Positions 15,987-25,569 are shown, counted from the stretch's first letter. The stretch is DNA of 64,000 nucleotides from Deltaproteobacteria bacterium (GCA_012729375.1 JAAYDE010000073.1:18763-82762), one strand, 5' to 3'. Notes: generated by a model from the sequence alone, not told the origin. Translations and numbers: made by a program.

Positions 15987-16458
15987 GCGCAGTCACCGGC
16001 AAAAACCGATGATCGGCGTGATCGGCGCTTCCCACCCCTCCCCCGCCGGTTACCGTCTTGCCGTCGAGGTGGGCCGGCTCATTGCCAGCCACGGCGCGGT
16101 GCTGGTCTGCGGCGGCCTCGGTGGGGTGATGGAAGGAGCCTGCCGGGGATGCCGCGAAGCAGGCGGGGAAACCGTCGGCATTCTCCCCGGCGACGATGCC
16201 CGCCACGCCAATGCCTATGTAAGCCTGGCCATCGTCACCAACATGGGACACGCCCGTAACGTCATCCTCGCCCATACCGCTGCGGCACTGATCGCGGTCG
16301 AAGGAGAATACGGCACTCTTTCCGAAATGGCGGTAGCCCTTAAACTGGGGCGAACGGTGATATCCCTGGGCGCCTGGCCAGGTCTGCCCGGAGTGATCTA
16401 TGTAGAGGATGCCGCGACGGCGGTACGAAAGGCCTTGGAGTTTTCAGAATTTAACTGA
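15967..16458 (+). CDS. TIGR00725-like (LOG/SLOG Rossmann-fold) protein
   Basis: IGVIGAS...VLVCGGLGGVMEGACRG...GILPG...AVEGEYGTLSE pattern. The true start may be the internal ATG at 16009. Confidence 0.65.
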   Translation: MPAMSPERSHRQKPMIGVIGASHPSPAGYRLAVEVGRLIASHGAVLVCGGLGGVMEGACRGCREAGGETVGILPGDDARHANAYVSLAIVTNMGHARNVILAHTAAALIAVEGEYGTLSEMAVALKLGRTVISLGAWPGLPGVIYVEDAATAVRKALEFSEFN

Positions 16459-16469
16459 CGGGAGGGAAC

Positions 16470-17507
16470 ATGGCGCTGGATTTGGAACGTTCGAAGAGGA
16501 TTTCCTCGCAATTGGTTGAGGGTTTGCGAGGCAAAGGGCGGGTACTGATTCTGTCCCACGACAATCCGGATCCCGATTCTCTCGCCGCCGCCATGGCCCT
16601 TAAACATTTTATCGTCATAAAAACCGGGCAGCAGTGTGTGGTCGCTTACGGCGGTATCATCGGTCGCGGTGAAAACCTGGTCATGGTCAAGGAACTGGAA
16701 ATCGACGCGGTCCCCCTCGAAAAACTCGATCCCGAAGATTTTCAGGTGATCTGCCTTGTCGATACCCAACCCGGTGTCGGCAACAATTCCCTGCCCGCCA
16801 ACCTGCCCGTGGATCTGGTCATCGACCATCATCCGCTTCGCCCGCAAACGCAACAATGCCGCTGGTTCGATATCCGCGAGGATTACGGCTGCACCGCCAC
16901 CATACTGTTCGAATATCTCAAAGCCCAGGAGGTTTCCTTCGGCACCAAGCTGGCAACCATCATCTACTATGCCATCAAATCGGAAACCCAGGAACTGGGC
17001 AGAGAGTGGTGCCCCGCCGACCGGGAAGCCTATCTGGCCCTTTTTCCTCTGGTCAACAACCGTATTCTCTTCAACATCACCCACCCCAAGGTTCCCCGCT
17101 GTTATTTTTTCTCTTTCAACAAGGCACTGAAAAACGCCCGCATTTATGAAGATCTTCTTATTTTTAATCTCTTTTCCGTCAACAACCCCGATATGGTGTC
17201 GGAAATGGCCGACTTTTTGCTGCGCATGGAAGGGGTAGCCCTGGTCCTGGGTATGGGCCTTTTCAATGGAAAAGAGATCATCTCCCTGCGCACCGCAACG
17301 ATCAATCTCTTAGCGGGAGACCTGATCGGCAGGATTATCGGCGACCTGGGCACCTCCGGCGGCCACGGCCTGATGGCAGGAGGCCAGATCCCCGACGTGG
17401 ACAGCGAACCGGCAGCCCAGCGCCGTCTGCAGGCTGTCCTGACCGATCGGCTCCTCAACTGTCTGGATCGCCAGGAGCGGAAAGGGAAGAAGCTCATTCC
17501 GTCTTGA
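16470..17507 (+). CDS. DHH family phosphoesterase (NrnA-like)
   Basis: ILSHDNPDPDSLAAAMA, VDTQP, VIDHHP and a GGHGLMAGG (DHHA1) motif. Confidence 0.8.
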   Translation: MALDLERSKRISSQLVEGLRGKGRVLILSHDNPDPDSLAAAMALKHFIVIKTGQQCVVAYGGIIGRGENLVMVKELEIDAVPLEKLDPEDFQVICLVDTQPGVGNNSLPANLPVDLVIDHHPLRPQTQQCRWFDIREDYGCTATILFEYLKAQEVSFGTKLATIIYYAIKSETQELGREWCPADREAYLALFPLVNNRILFNITHPKVPRCYFFSFNKALKNARIYEDLLIFNLFSVNNPDMVSEMADFLLRMEGVALVLGMGLFNGKEIISLRTATINLLAGDLIGRIIGDLGTSGGHGLMAGGQIPDVDSEPAAQRRLQAVLTDRLLNCLDRQERKGKKLIPS

Positions 17508-17595
17508 ATTTCTCAGGAGTTTTTCAATATATTATTCATCCCTTTTGCCGGCCTTTTGAACAAAGGAACGACATTCCCTCACGGATACGCAAAGC

Positions 17596-18669
17596 ATGGG
17601 AAGAAACCTGATTTTTTTGTCTTTTTTGCTCCTCCTCATGCCCTCTTTCGGGGAGGCGGCAGTGGAGATTTCCCTGCGCGGTCAGAAACCGCAACGCCTG
17701 GAAGAGGTCTACATACACGAGGGCACCGCCTATCTCGCTCTCGACGACGTTCTTCCGCTCTTGGGCCTCGACGGCCGCTGGGATTCGGTGGACCATGTCT
17801 ATCGGATTGAAACACACCAGGGGACGGCTGTCGTCTTTCCCGGCTGCACCTATCTGCGCAGGGGCAACCACTTCATGCCGATTCCCCATTCCCCCCGTTT
17901 CATCGACGGCAGACTGCGGGTATCCGAAGATTTCGTCCGCGCTCAGCTGCCGGCTTTTCTGGGGCTGGAAATCCGCTACCGCAATCTGGACCCGCCACCC
18001 TCTTCCGGCCGCTCCCGCGAGGAAAACCTCGATCACCTCTTTTCTTTCCTGCTCCGCAAAAAGGAACTGCGGGGCGGTTTCGGCCTGCGCGGCGTGGCCA
18101 TCGACCCGGGCCATGGCGGCACCGACCCCGGCGCGGTCGGCCTTTATGGCCTCACGGAAAAGGATGTATCCCTGGAAGTGGCCCGCCTGCTGGCCAAAGA
18201 AATCAAGATGCGCCTTGGCCTGCCGGTCGTCCTGACCAGGGACAAGGACTACTCCCTGAACCTGCGCCAACGTCTGCAGGCGGTGGATAAAGCGGAGGCG
18301 GATATCCTGATCATCCTCCATGCCCAGTCCTCTTTTCGGGAACAGCCGGAAGGAGCGACCCTATTCATCCGCCCCCAGAAAAACGCCCCCGGACTTTCGC
18401 CGGCGACCAATGAGGAAAGCCGCCAACTGGCCGAGAAACTGGGCGATGCCCTGTTCGGCGCCGGCCTGCGGGTCAACGGCATCCGTTCAGCCCCCCTGCT
18501 GCCTCTGGGCGAGGGAGACCTTCCCACCGTTCTGGTGGAACTGGGATACCTGACCAACCCGGCGGACAACGCCCGGCTCAACGATGCGGATACACAGCGA
18601 AAAATAGCCCAGGCCCTTTTCCAGGGGATTGAACGTTTTTCCGCCTCAAGAAAGGAGATGCAACCTTGA
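17596..18669 (+). CDS. N-acetylmuramoyl-L-alanine amidase (AmiC-type) with N-terminal signal peptide
   Basis: GVAIDPGHGGTDPGAVG, ILIILHAQS and VLVELGYLTNPAD, the Amidase_3 motifs. Confidence 0.85.
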   Translation: MGRNLIFLSFLLLLMPSFGEAAVEISLRGQKPQRLEEVYIHEGTAYLALDDVLPLLGLDGRWDSVDHVYRIETHQGTAVVFPGCTYLRRGNHFMPIPHSPRFIDGRLRVSEDFVRAQLPAFLGLEIRYRNLDPPPSSGRSREENLDHLFSFLLRKKELRGGFGLRGVAIDPGHGGTDPGAVGLYGLTEKDVSLEVARLLAKEIKMRLGLPVVLTRDKDYSLNLRQRLQAVDKAEADILIILHAQSSFREQPEGATLFIRPQKNAPGLSPATNEESRQLAEKLGDALFGAGLRVNGIRSAPLLPLGEGDLPTVLVELGYLTNPADNARLNDADTQRKIAQALFQGIERFSASRKEMQP

Positions 18670-19388
18670 ACCGGTCACGCAGCGACGGGAGAAAAAGTGG
18701 CGATTTGCGGTCGATCCACTTCCAGTTGGCCTTCAACCGTTTTGCCGAGGGCTCCGTGCTGACCTGCTTCGGCGACACGGTGGTGCTGTGCAACGCTTCC
18801 GTGGAGGAAACGGTGCCCCCCTTCCTGCGCGGCCAGGGGCGGGGTTGGATCACCGCCGAATATGCCATGATTCCCCGCGCCGGCCAGACCCGCTCCCCCC
18901 GGGAGTCGGTGCGCGGCAAAATCAACGGCCGCACCCATGAAATTCAGCGTCTCATCGGCCGCTCCCTGCGGGCGGTCACCGACCTCTCCCTTCTGGGGGA
19001 ACGGACCATCGTCCTCGATTGTGATGTTCTCCAGGCCGATGGCGGTACCCGCACCGCCGCCGTCACCGGCTCCTGCCTGGCCCTTTTCATGGCTTTGAAG
19101 AAAATGCTGGAAAAGGGACAGATCGGCTCATTTCCCCTGCGGGAGATGGTGGCGGCGGTGAGCGTCGGCCTGGTGGAAGGAATTCCCCTCATCGACCTCA
19201 ATTATGAAGAGGACTCCCGGGCCGCCGTCGATATGAACTTCGTCGTCACCGAATCCGGACATTTCGTGGAGATTCAGGGAACGGGCGAAGAGGCCCCTTT
19301 TACCGGTGAGGATTTTGAGGCATTGCGGGAATTGGCCTTGTCCGGTATCCGCAAATTGATCCATCTGCAGCAAGAAGCTCTGAGGTGA
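18666..19388 (+). CDS. rph: Ribonuclease PH
   Basis: GSVLTCFGDTVVLC, GRTHEIQRLIGRSLRAV and DCDVLQADGGTRTAAVTG. Confidence 0.92.
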   Translation: MNRSRSDGRKSGDLRSIHFQLAFNRFAEGSVLTCFGDTVVLCNASVEETVPPFLRGQGRGWITAEYAMIPRAGQTRSPRESVRGKINGRTHEIQRLIGRSLRAVTDLSLLGERTIVLDCDVLQADGGTRTAAVTGSCLALFMALKKMLEKGQIGSFPLREMVAAVSVGLVEGIPLIDLNYEEDSRAAVDMNFVVTESGHFVEIQGTGEEAPFTGEDFEALRELALSGIRKLIHLQQEALR

Positions 19389-19394
19389 CCGCCC

Positions 19395-20006
19395 GTGGAC
19401 CTGCTGCTTGCCACCCGCAATCCGGGAAAACTTCATGAAATAGAATTGCTTCTGGCGGGCACCGGTATCCGCGTGCGCAGTGTCAGTGAATTTTCCCACA
19501 TCCCTGAAATCGAGGAGGACGGCGATACCTTCGAGGCCAATGCCCGGAAGAAGGCGCAAACCGTGGCCGACCTGAGCGGTCTGCCGACCCTGGCGGACGA
19601 TTCCGGTTTGCAAGTCAAGGAATTAAGAGGGCTGCCCGGAGTGCGCTCCTCCCGCTACGCCGGCGAATCGGCGAGCGACGCCGACAATACCCGAAAACTT
19701 TTAGCGGCCATGGAACACATCCCCTTCCCGCGACGCCGGGCCGCCTTTTGCTGCGTTATGGCGCTGTGCCGCCCGCGGGGGGAATGCCACCTTTTTCATG
19801 GCCATCTGGAGGGGATTATTCTGGAGAAACAGAGGGGCAGCGGCGGGTTCGGCTATGATCCGGTTTTTCTGGTGGCGGAATACGGTAAAACCCTGGCGGA
19901 ACTTGGGACCGACATCAAAAACCGCATCAGCCATCGGGGCCAAGCGCTACGGCAAGTTGTCGACTTTCTTCGCTGTCTCCCACCGGCGACCTTTGCCGTG
20001 AAGTAA
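19395..20006 (+). CDS. rdgB: RdgB/HAM1 non-canonical purine NTP pyrophosphatase
   Basis: [29 protein letters not shown] and SHRGQAL. GTG start. Conserved rph-rdgB pairing. Confidence 0.9.
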   Translation: MDLLLATRNPGKLHEIELLLAGTGIRVRSVSEFSHIPEIEEDGDTFEANARKKAQTVADLSGLPTLADDSGLQVKELRGLPGVRSSRYAGESASDADNTRKLLAAMEHIPFPRRRAAFCCVMALCRPRGECHLFHGHLEGIILEKQRGSGGFGYDPVFLVAEYGKTLAELGTDIKNRISHRGQALRQVVDFLRCLPPATFAVK

Positions 20007-20015
20007 TGAAAACTC

Positions 20016-20043
20016 TTGATTCCCCGGAAATTGGTGATAGAAT
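20016..20043 (+). promoter_or_regulatory. Sigma70-type promoter for the Lpp-like gene
   Basis: TTGATT (20016..20021), 16 nt spacer, TAGAAT (20038..20043). Confidence 0.5.
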
Positions 20044-20114
20044 TCTGCTTGATTTTAGGCCTCAGGTCCTAAAAAACGTTTTTTTTTTGAGTGGAACTCA
20101 AAAGGAGGAGTAAA

Positions 20115-20381
20115 ATGGTACGCAATTGGAAAATGGTTCTTGGGGGTGCATGCGTAGGTCTTATGCTGGTTGGCTGCACAGCCACCCTGTCCACCGAAGA
20201 TCGCGCCAAGTTGGACGAAGCCATCGCCGCCAGCGCAGCCGCAGCCAAAGCCGCTCAGAGCGCGGAAATGAGCGCCAATGCCGCCACTGCAGCCGCTCAA
20301 AAAGCGGAAGCAGCGGCAGCGACAGCCCAGGCCAATGCCCAGGCATCCAAAAAGGCTTTCGAAGCAGGCCTCAAAAAGTAA
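20115..20381 (+). CDS. Alanine-zipper outer-membrane lipoprotein, Braun Lpp-like
   Basis: AAGGAGG RBS. Lipobox LMLVGC. The mature part is an Ala/Gln/Lys-rich coiled coil ending in ...EAGLKK (C-terminal Lys). Confidence 0.75.
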   Translation: MVRNWKMVLGGACVGLMLVGCTATLSTEDRAKLDEAIAASAAAAKAAQSAEMSANAATAAAQKAEAAAATAQANAQASKKAFEAGLKK

Positions 20382-20397
20382 TGGATGCACCTTGTGC

Positions 20398-20436
20398 GAC
20401 GAAAAAAGCCCCGGAAACGGGGCTTTTTTCGTCGCG
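20398..20436. terminator. Bidirectional rho-independent terminator
   Basis: GCGACGAAAAAAGCCCCG / CGGGGCTTTTTTCGTCGC, a perfect long hairpin between convergent genes. Confidence 0.85.
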
Positions 20437-20459
20437 AATTCCTTCAGGGGAGAAACGTG

Positions 20460-21365
20460 TCATCTTTCGGAGATGGCAAAGGGAAGGCCGCTTTTTTTTT
20501 CCATTTCCCGCCACACCCTGGGCCAGCCGATCTTGCCCTCCCATTCCAGAAGCGCCCGCATCCGCAAAATCTCATTGACCATATTTCCCGGCTGTTCCCT
20601 TTGGTCGGGATAAATTTCCGCCCACAGTTTATTGTCCCGCACGCCGACCTTCACCGGTTGATAAACAATGGTGACTGGCGTTTTTACCTCAACCCGGGAA
20701 AAGAGGTCGTCGATATCCCGGGGATAGAGACGAATGCATCCATGACTGACGCGGCGGCCGACCCCCAAGGGGCGGTGAGTGCCGTGAATGCCGTACCCTT
20801 TGATGGAGAGTCCCAGCCAATAGCCGCCAAGGGGGTTGTCAGGCCCCGGAGGCACCATGGTGGGCTGATTCGGTCTTTCGTTTCTGATCGATTCAGGCAC
20901 CATCCAGGTCGGATTGCGCACCTTTGAGGCCAGGAAAAACCGCCCCACAGGCGTATCCCACCCCTCTCTGCCGATGCCGATGGGATAAATCCGCAGGCGC
21001 AGACGACCATTTTCCCGCCAGAAATGATAAAGGCGGAATTCCGGAATGTTGATGACGATCCCCGGTTCCGGCTTCTGGGGCACTATGGCCTCATAGGGAA
21101 TAACAATACGCTGCCCTTTGGGCGGCATCCAGGGATCGACTCCGGGATTGGCATTGGCCAGGTTTTCATAGCCGACACCGGCGCGGAAGGCCAATTCCAC
21201 CAGACTTTCATTGGCTTTGATGGTGTAGACAGGATTGACGCCAACGATGGGAGCGGGGTTCCCGGGAGGAAGGAAGGACTGGTCCGGCTCCAGGGGATAC
21301 CAAGCGAAAGCCGGGCCGGAAAGGAAAAAAACCATCAGAAGAAATAATAAGCTGAACCTGTTCAT
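20460..21365 (-). CDS. L,D-transpeptidase (YkuD domain) with signal peptide and LysM-like N-terminal segment
   Basis: GIHGTHRPLGVGRRVSHGCIRL catalytic motif. Signal MNRFSLLFLLMVFFLSGPAFA. Confidence 0.85.
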   Translation of the reverse strand: MNRFSLLFLLMVFFLSGPAFAWYPLEPDQSFLPPGNPAPIVGVNPVYTIKANESLVELAFRAGVGYENLANANPGVDPWMPPKGQRIVIPYEAIVPQKPEPGIVINIPEFRLYHFWRENGRLRLRIYPIGIGREGWDTPVGRFFLASKVRNPTWMVPESIRNERPNQPTMVPPGPDNPLGGYWLGLSIKGYGIHGTHRPLGVGRRVSHGCIRLYPRDIDDLFSRVEVKTPVTIVYQPVKVGVRDNKLWAEIYPDQREQPGNMVNEILRMRALLEWEGKIGWPRVWREMEKKSGLPFAISER

Positions 21366-21391
21366 AGGAAGGATCGTGTCAAGGTTGGGGG

Positions 21392-22126
21392 TTAGGGGTC
21401 ATGCCGATGGGGAAGGGATCCGTGGGGATGGGCGTGAAAGTGACGATGAAGGGTTATTTTCTCATCGCCGCAGATTTGTCCGTCAGTCATGGCATAGACA
21501 GCCCGCACCGATTTTTCCAGAAAATCGTACTCATGGGAAATGATGATATAGGAGATCTTCAGCCCGTTGAGAATCCGCAGAAAATTATTCCTGGTTGTTT
21601 CGTCAAGACCGTTGGTCGGTTCATCCAGCAGAAGCACTTCCGGTTCCATGGACAGCAAGGTCGCCAGCGACACCAACTTTTTTTCGCCTCCCGAAAGACG
21701 GTGGATAAGCCGCCCTTCAAAACCCGCCAGGCCCAGATCCTTCAGGGTCCGCATGGCGATTCGGCGTGCTTCGGCCGGCGTTTTACCGAGATTCAGGGGG
21801 CCGAAAGCGACATCCTCCAAAACCGTGGGGGAAAAAAGCTGGTCGTCGGCATCCTGAAAAAGCAGGCCGATGCGACGCCGGGCGACGACAAAATCCTCCT
21901 CGGTCGCAAGACGGCGGCCGAAGGCCTCGATATGCCCGCGGGATGGTTTCAGAAGCCCCACGATCAGATGGAAAAACGTCGTCTTGCCGGACCCGTTCAG
22001 CCCGGTCAGGCCCAGCCGGTCCCCTTCTCTGAGTTCGAAGTCAAGGCCCTTGAGAACCGGGACACCGCCGGGGTAGGAAAAATGGATATCGGACAGCTTT
22101 AGAAGCAAACCAGGTTCGTCAGCCAT
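21392..22126 (-). CDS. nikO: ECF transporter ATPase, NikO/CbiO
   Basis: GLNGSGKTT Walker A, LSGGEKKLVSLA signature, LLLDEPT Walker B, and a His-rich tail HRHFHAHPHGSLPHRHDP. The track ORF extends to 22690 in a frame overlapping nikQ, so the internal ATG 22126 was chosen. Confidence 0.85.
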   Translation of the reverse strand: MADEPGLLLKLSDIHFSYPGGVPVLKGLDFELREGDRLGLTGLNGSGKTTFFHLIVGLLKPSRGHIEAFGRRLATEEDFVVARRRIGLLFQDADDQLFSPTVLEDVAFGPLNLGKTPAEARRIAMRTLKDLGLAGFEGRLIHRLSGGEKKLVSLATLLSMEPEVLLLDEPTNGLDETTRNNFLRILNGLKISYIIISHEYDFLEKSVRAVYAMTDGQICGDEKITLHRHFHAHPHGSLPHRHDP

Positions 22127-22866
22127 GGCCAAGTCGACACCACCCCCGGCGGAATGAACAGAGCCACCGCCCAAAACCAATCCGCTCTGCGGAAGCGCAT
22201 CTCCTCCAGCGCCGGAAACCGTCCCCGAAACCCACGGCAAATCATGGCCCGGTGCACCTGGTCGGCCCGCAACGAGGCTCTCAGAAAGAGCATGCCAACC
22301 AGGTAGGCGTAAGTGCGGTAGGTGTGGAGGTCGGTCCGCGGTTGAAAGGAACGCAACCGGACCATCCTCTCCAGGCGGTGGTATTCCTGTTCCAGAACAA
22401 AGATGTAACGATAGCAGAAAAGGAGAATGTATACCAGTTTTTCCGGAAAATGAAAACGGTAAAGGACCTGTCCGATGACACCGATGGGAAGGGGCCCGAC
22501 AAAAACGGCAAGGACGACAAGAATGGCTGTGGCCTTGAGGGTGACCATCCCGGCAAGCTGGAAACCGGCGGCGGTGAAAGAAATCGGTCCCAGGGCGAAG
22601 AGCGGCCGGCCGGCAACGGTCAAGGGCAGGACGACCCACAGAAAAAGGATGAAAAGATATGCCGGCAGGAGCCTGCGCGCCACCTGCCAAAGGCCGGGTT
22701 TGGTGGCAGCCAGGATCATCCCGGAAAAACCGAGGCCCGCCCAGAGGGCCGGCCAGCGGGCAGACAAAGCGACGGCAAAGGAGAAAAGGACGGCAAAGAG
22801 GACTTTCAGGCGCGGATCGATCCTCTTGACAGGGCCGTCGGGAATGACAAGGGGTTCAGGGATCAC
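22099..22866 (-). CDS. nikQ: ECF transporter transmembrane (T) component, NikQ/CbiQ
   Basis: RIDPRLKVLFAVLF start and polytopic character. ...RSF...R motif region (ERMVRLRSFQPR). Confidence 0.85.
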   Translation of the reverse strand: MIPEPLVIPDGPVKRIDPRLKVLFAVLFSFAVALSARWPALWAGLGFSGMILAATKPGLWQVARRLLPAYLFILFLWVVLPLTVAGRPLFALGPISFTAAGFQLAGMVTLKATAILVVLAVFVGPLPIGVIGQVLYRFHFPEKLVYILLFCYRYIFVLEQEYHRLERMVRLRSFQPRTDLHTYRTYAYLVGMLFLRASLRADQVHRAMICRGFRGRFPALEEMRFRRADWFWAVALFIPPGVVSTWPWLTNLVCF

Positions 22867-22884
22867 GGCGGATTGCCCCGGAGA

Positions 22885-23493
22885 TCATTTCTTGCGGTAA
22901 CGGAAGTAGGCGGCGGCTCCCATCAAGCCGAGGATGTAGCCGACACCGCCGACAACATCCCGCAGGCCGGGGGCTGGGTCGCGCAGCTCCACCAGGGCGC
23001 GCTCGATGGGTTGAAGACGGCGCTCGAGCAGGGCATCGACCAGCTTTTCCAGCTCCTTGCCCGCCTCGCCGGAAAGGTTTGTCAGCGCGGCAGCATGGGC
23101 ATAGTCGTCACCCGCAGCCGCCGGCGCCTCCCGGGTCGGCTGGGCGTGGCCCAGTTCGGCGGCGGTCACCAGCCACTCGGCCCGATGGCCCATAGACGCG
23201 TCGAGAACAATCCTGAGATCCGTAACCGCCGGAACGGCAAAGGAAAAGAGCCCGCCGTCGTCGGTTTTCCCGGTCACCAATGGGTTCCCCTCCCCGGCGT
23301 AAACGGCCACCGCCCCCCCCTTGACGGGTTTGTTGTTGGAAAACTTGCTTGCGGTGTGAATGCTCTCTGCCTCCACCCAGGCAAAGATGGTCACCCGGTG
23401 GGCCGCAACCGGGGACGAAAAAAAGAGGAAAGCGAGGAACAGAACTCCGCCCATCCGGAATTTTGAGCCGATGGAGAACCGTGCCAACTTCAT
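22885..23493 (-). CDS. NikL-like accessory membrane protein (signal/TM, beta-rich periplasmic domain, C-terminal TM)
   Basis: The ATG overlaps the nikM stop (ATGA). The predicted mature N-terminus is HRVTIFAWVE. The C-terminal anchor is VVGGVGYILGLMGAAAYFRYRKK. The NikL assignment rests on position in a Nik(K)MLQO-type operon. Confidence 0.55.
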   Translation of the reverse strand: MKLARFSIGSKFRMGGVLFLAFLFFSSPVAAHRVTIFAWVEAESIHTASKFSNNKPVKGGAVAVYAGEGNPLVTGKTDDGGLFSFAVPAVTDLRIVLDASMGHRAEWLVTAAELGHAQPTREAPAAAGDDYAHAAALTNLSGEAGKELEKLVDALLERRLQPIERALVELRDPAPGLRDVVGGVGYILGLMGAAAYFRYRKK

Positions 23494-24104
23494 GTGGGTC
23501 GACCTTTTCGAAAGAAAGGAAGCAAAGAAGGTTGGACCCTGTTCAGAAAGGAGACGCAGAAAGCGGTGATGATGCCTTCGATGATCATGACCGGAAAGTG
23601 GGCCGCAACCAACAGTGAAGCCGCTTTCAGAAAATGTCCGTTGCTCAGGACCAGGGCCAGGGCGGCCAGGAGGGCGGCGAAAAGAACAGACAACGCACCG
23701 CCGGCAAAAGCCGCGCCCCAGAGTGGCATGCGCAGATTCAGGGCCCCACGCACCAAATAGTAACAGATCACGGCGGGCAGAGCCATGATGAGGGTGTTGA
23801 CCCCGAGCACGGCAAGGCCGCCGAATTGAAACAGCACCGCTTGCAAAGTCAAGGCCGTCAAAATAGCCGGAAAAGCGCCCCATCCCAGGAGCAGGCCGAC
23901 CATTCCATTGAGAATCAGATGCACGTTGCCGGGGCCTAAAGGAACATGAATCAGGGACGCGACGAAAAAAGAAGCGGCGAGGATTCCCGCCCGGCCGGTT
24001 TCTTCCAGGGAAAGCCTTTTCAGTCCCAGCGCCGTGGCGGCCACGGTCAAAGCCAGGCCGGAAACAAGAACAGGAGCGCTGAGAACGCCTTCCGAAATAT
24101 GCAT
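23490..24104 (-). CDS. nikM: ECF substrate-capture component NikM/CbiM
   Basis: The N-terminus MHISEGVL carries the Met-His metal-binding N-terminus characteristic of CbiM/NikM. 204 aa polytopic protein. Confidence 0.88.
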   Translation of the reverse strand: MHISEGVLSAPVLVSGLALTVAATALGLKRLSLEETGRAGILAASFFVASLIHVPLGPGNVHLILNGMVGLLLGWGAFPAILTALTLQAVLFQFGGLAVLGVNTLIMALPAVICYYLVRGALNLRMPLWGAAFAGGALSVLFAALLAALALVLSNGHFLKAASLLVAAHFPVMIIEGIITAFCVSFLNRVQPSLLPFFRKGRPT

Positions 24105-24187
24105 CTTGGCTGCTTCCAGTTGGTAAAAAACACCGCCCCGGCACCGGGGCGGCGCCGCGGTTTGGCGCTATCGTGGGCTCAGAGCGG

Positions 24188-24970
24188 CTACTTTTTGGTT
24201 TGCCAATCGACAAACTCCACCCACAGCACGGCGCCCAGCTCGACATCCTTCGCCTCATCCCCACGCTTCAGCTTTTCCGGCGCCGTATGCAGGGCGGCAA
24301 AACCCCACCAGCCGGCTTGCGGAGCCGCGTAGGTAAAAACGCCGTTGGCGTCGGCTTTGACCGACTGGGTGATCATGTATTCCGTCGGCGCTACGGCTTT
24401 GCCGTCGCGGTTGTAGTACTCCACCTCCACTAGGGCGTTGGGAACGGCTTTGCCCTCCAGTTTGACAACCCCCTGGAAGACATTGCCGACGTAGAGCCCG
24501 AAGGGTCTGGAGAGAGGCACGATCTCGGTTCTCAGGCCGATTTCGCCGGCCCAGCCCTCGTCGTCGCCGAAGGCGGCGACCAGGGTTTTGGTGTAATGGA
24601 TGATGAAGCAATCTTCCGCGGGCTCCCAATAGGGCTGGGGCTCCATGTAGAACTGATAGACACCAGGACGGCTCAGGGGATAATCGATCTGCCAGCCGCC
24701 CTGACCGAGGATGGCGGCCTTCTTCAGCCCGGCAAGGAGGTCGGTTTTGGCGCCCTGGGCCATGACTCCGAAAACCCTGGGTTTTTGCAGATCCATACCG
24801 GCCCTCTCGAAGGGATGGGAAAAAGAGATCTGCAGATTCAGGGTGCGGGAATCGTCCGCCATGACCATGGAATCAGACGGGATGATCATCCCGAAATGGG
24901 CCCAGGCGGGAAGGCAGAAAAGAATCGACAAAGAAACAAAAAACGACACATGACCGAGTTTTCTTTTCAT
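24188..24970 (-). CDS. Periplasmic DUF4198 protein, NikK-like nickel-binding component
   Basis: Signal peptide ending LPAWA, then a mature HFGMIIPS. Beta-rich. GGAGG RBS before ATG 24970. Confidence 0.7.
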   Translation of the reverse strand: MKRKLGHVSFFVSLSILFCLPAWAHFGMIIPSDSMVMADDSRTLNLQISFSHPFERAGMDLQKPRVFGVMAQGAKTDLLAGLKKAAILGQGGWQIDYPLSRPGVYQFYMEPQPYWEPAEDCFIIHYTKTLVAAFGDDEGWAGEIGLRTEIVPLSRPFGLYVGNVFQGVVKLEGKAVPNALVEVEYYNRDGKAVAPTEYMITQSVKADANGVFTYAAPQAGWWGFAALHTAPEKLKRGDEAKDVELGAVLWVEFVDWQTKK

Positions 24971-25152
24971 CGCCACACCTCCGGATCTTCACAGATTCAT
25001 GGAAAAGATTTAACGTATAACAAAAATAATTTTTACAGGACTTAACCGAATAAATTTTTAAAAAAAGTAGCACGATAGGGTCATAAAATCCAGCGGAAAA
25101 ATGAATTGTCAAGATGATTGGGAAAACGGGCCGGGAAACCGTGGATGTGCTT

Positions 25153-25569
25153 TCAGATGTTTTTGCCGGTAGTGGTCATCACCAGTTTGCCGTGCTTGAC
25201 GCCGCGGGCACCGATCATCTCGTCGGCCAGTTTTTTGACATCTCCCGCTTTGCCCTTGACCACTATCACCTCCAGGCAGTTGTGTTCGTCAAGGTGAACG
25301 TGGAGGGCGGAAATGACCGACCCGTGACTGGCGTGTTGGCGGTCGTTAAGTTGCCGGGCAAGTTCTCTGGTGTGGTGATCGTAGACGAGGGTGACGGTAC
25401 CGACGATTTCTTCTTCGGCGCTGGCGGAGGCCTCGGTGACCAGAGTGTCGCGGATCAGATCCCGTATCGCCTCGGAGCGGTTCACATAACCCTTTTCGGC
25501 GATGAGATCGTCAAACTGTTTGAGAAGACGGCTGTCGATGGATATCCCGAAACGAAGCAAGTGAGACAT
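25153..25569 (-). CDS. nikR: Nickel-responsive regulator NikR
   Basis: [18 protein letters not shown] ribbon-helix-helix N-terminus. The C-terminal domain carries HHTRE...[10 protein letters not shown], the Ni-binding His/Cys set. Confidence 0.88.
   Translation of the reverse strand: MSHLLRFGISIDSRLLKQFDDLIAEKGYVNRSEAIRDLIRDTLVTEASASAEEEIVGTVTLVYDHHTRELARQLNDRQHASHGSVISALHVHLDEHNCLEVIVVKGKAGDVKKLADEMIGARGVKHGKLVMTTTGKNI

Noticed and set aside
24971-25152. A defined NikR operator between nikK and nikR.
   Set aside because: Only AT-rich quasi-palindromes (for example AAAAAT-A-ATTTTT at 25022..25034) were seen. I could not match a NikR half-site pattern with confidence, so no feature is called.
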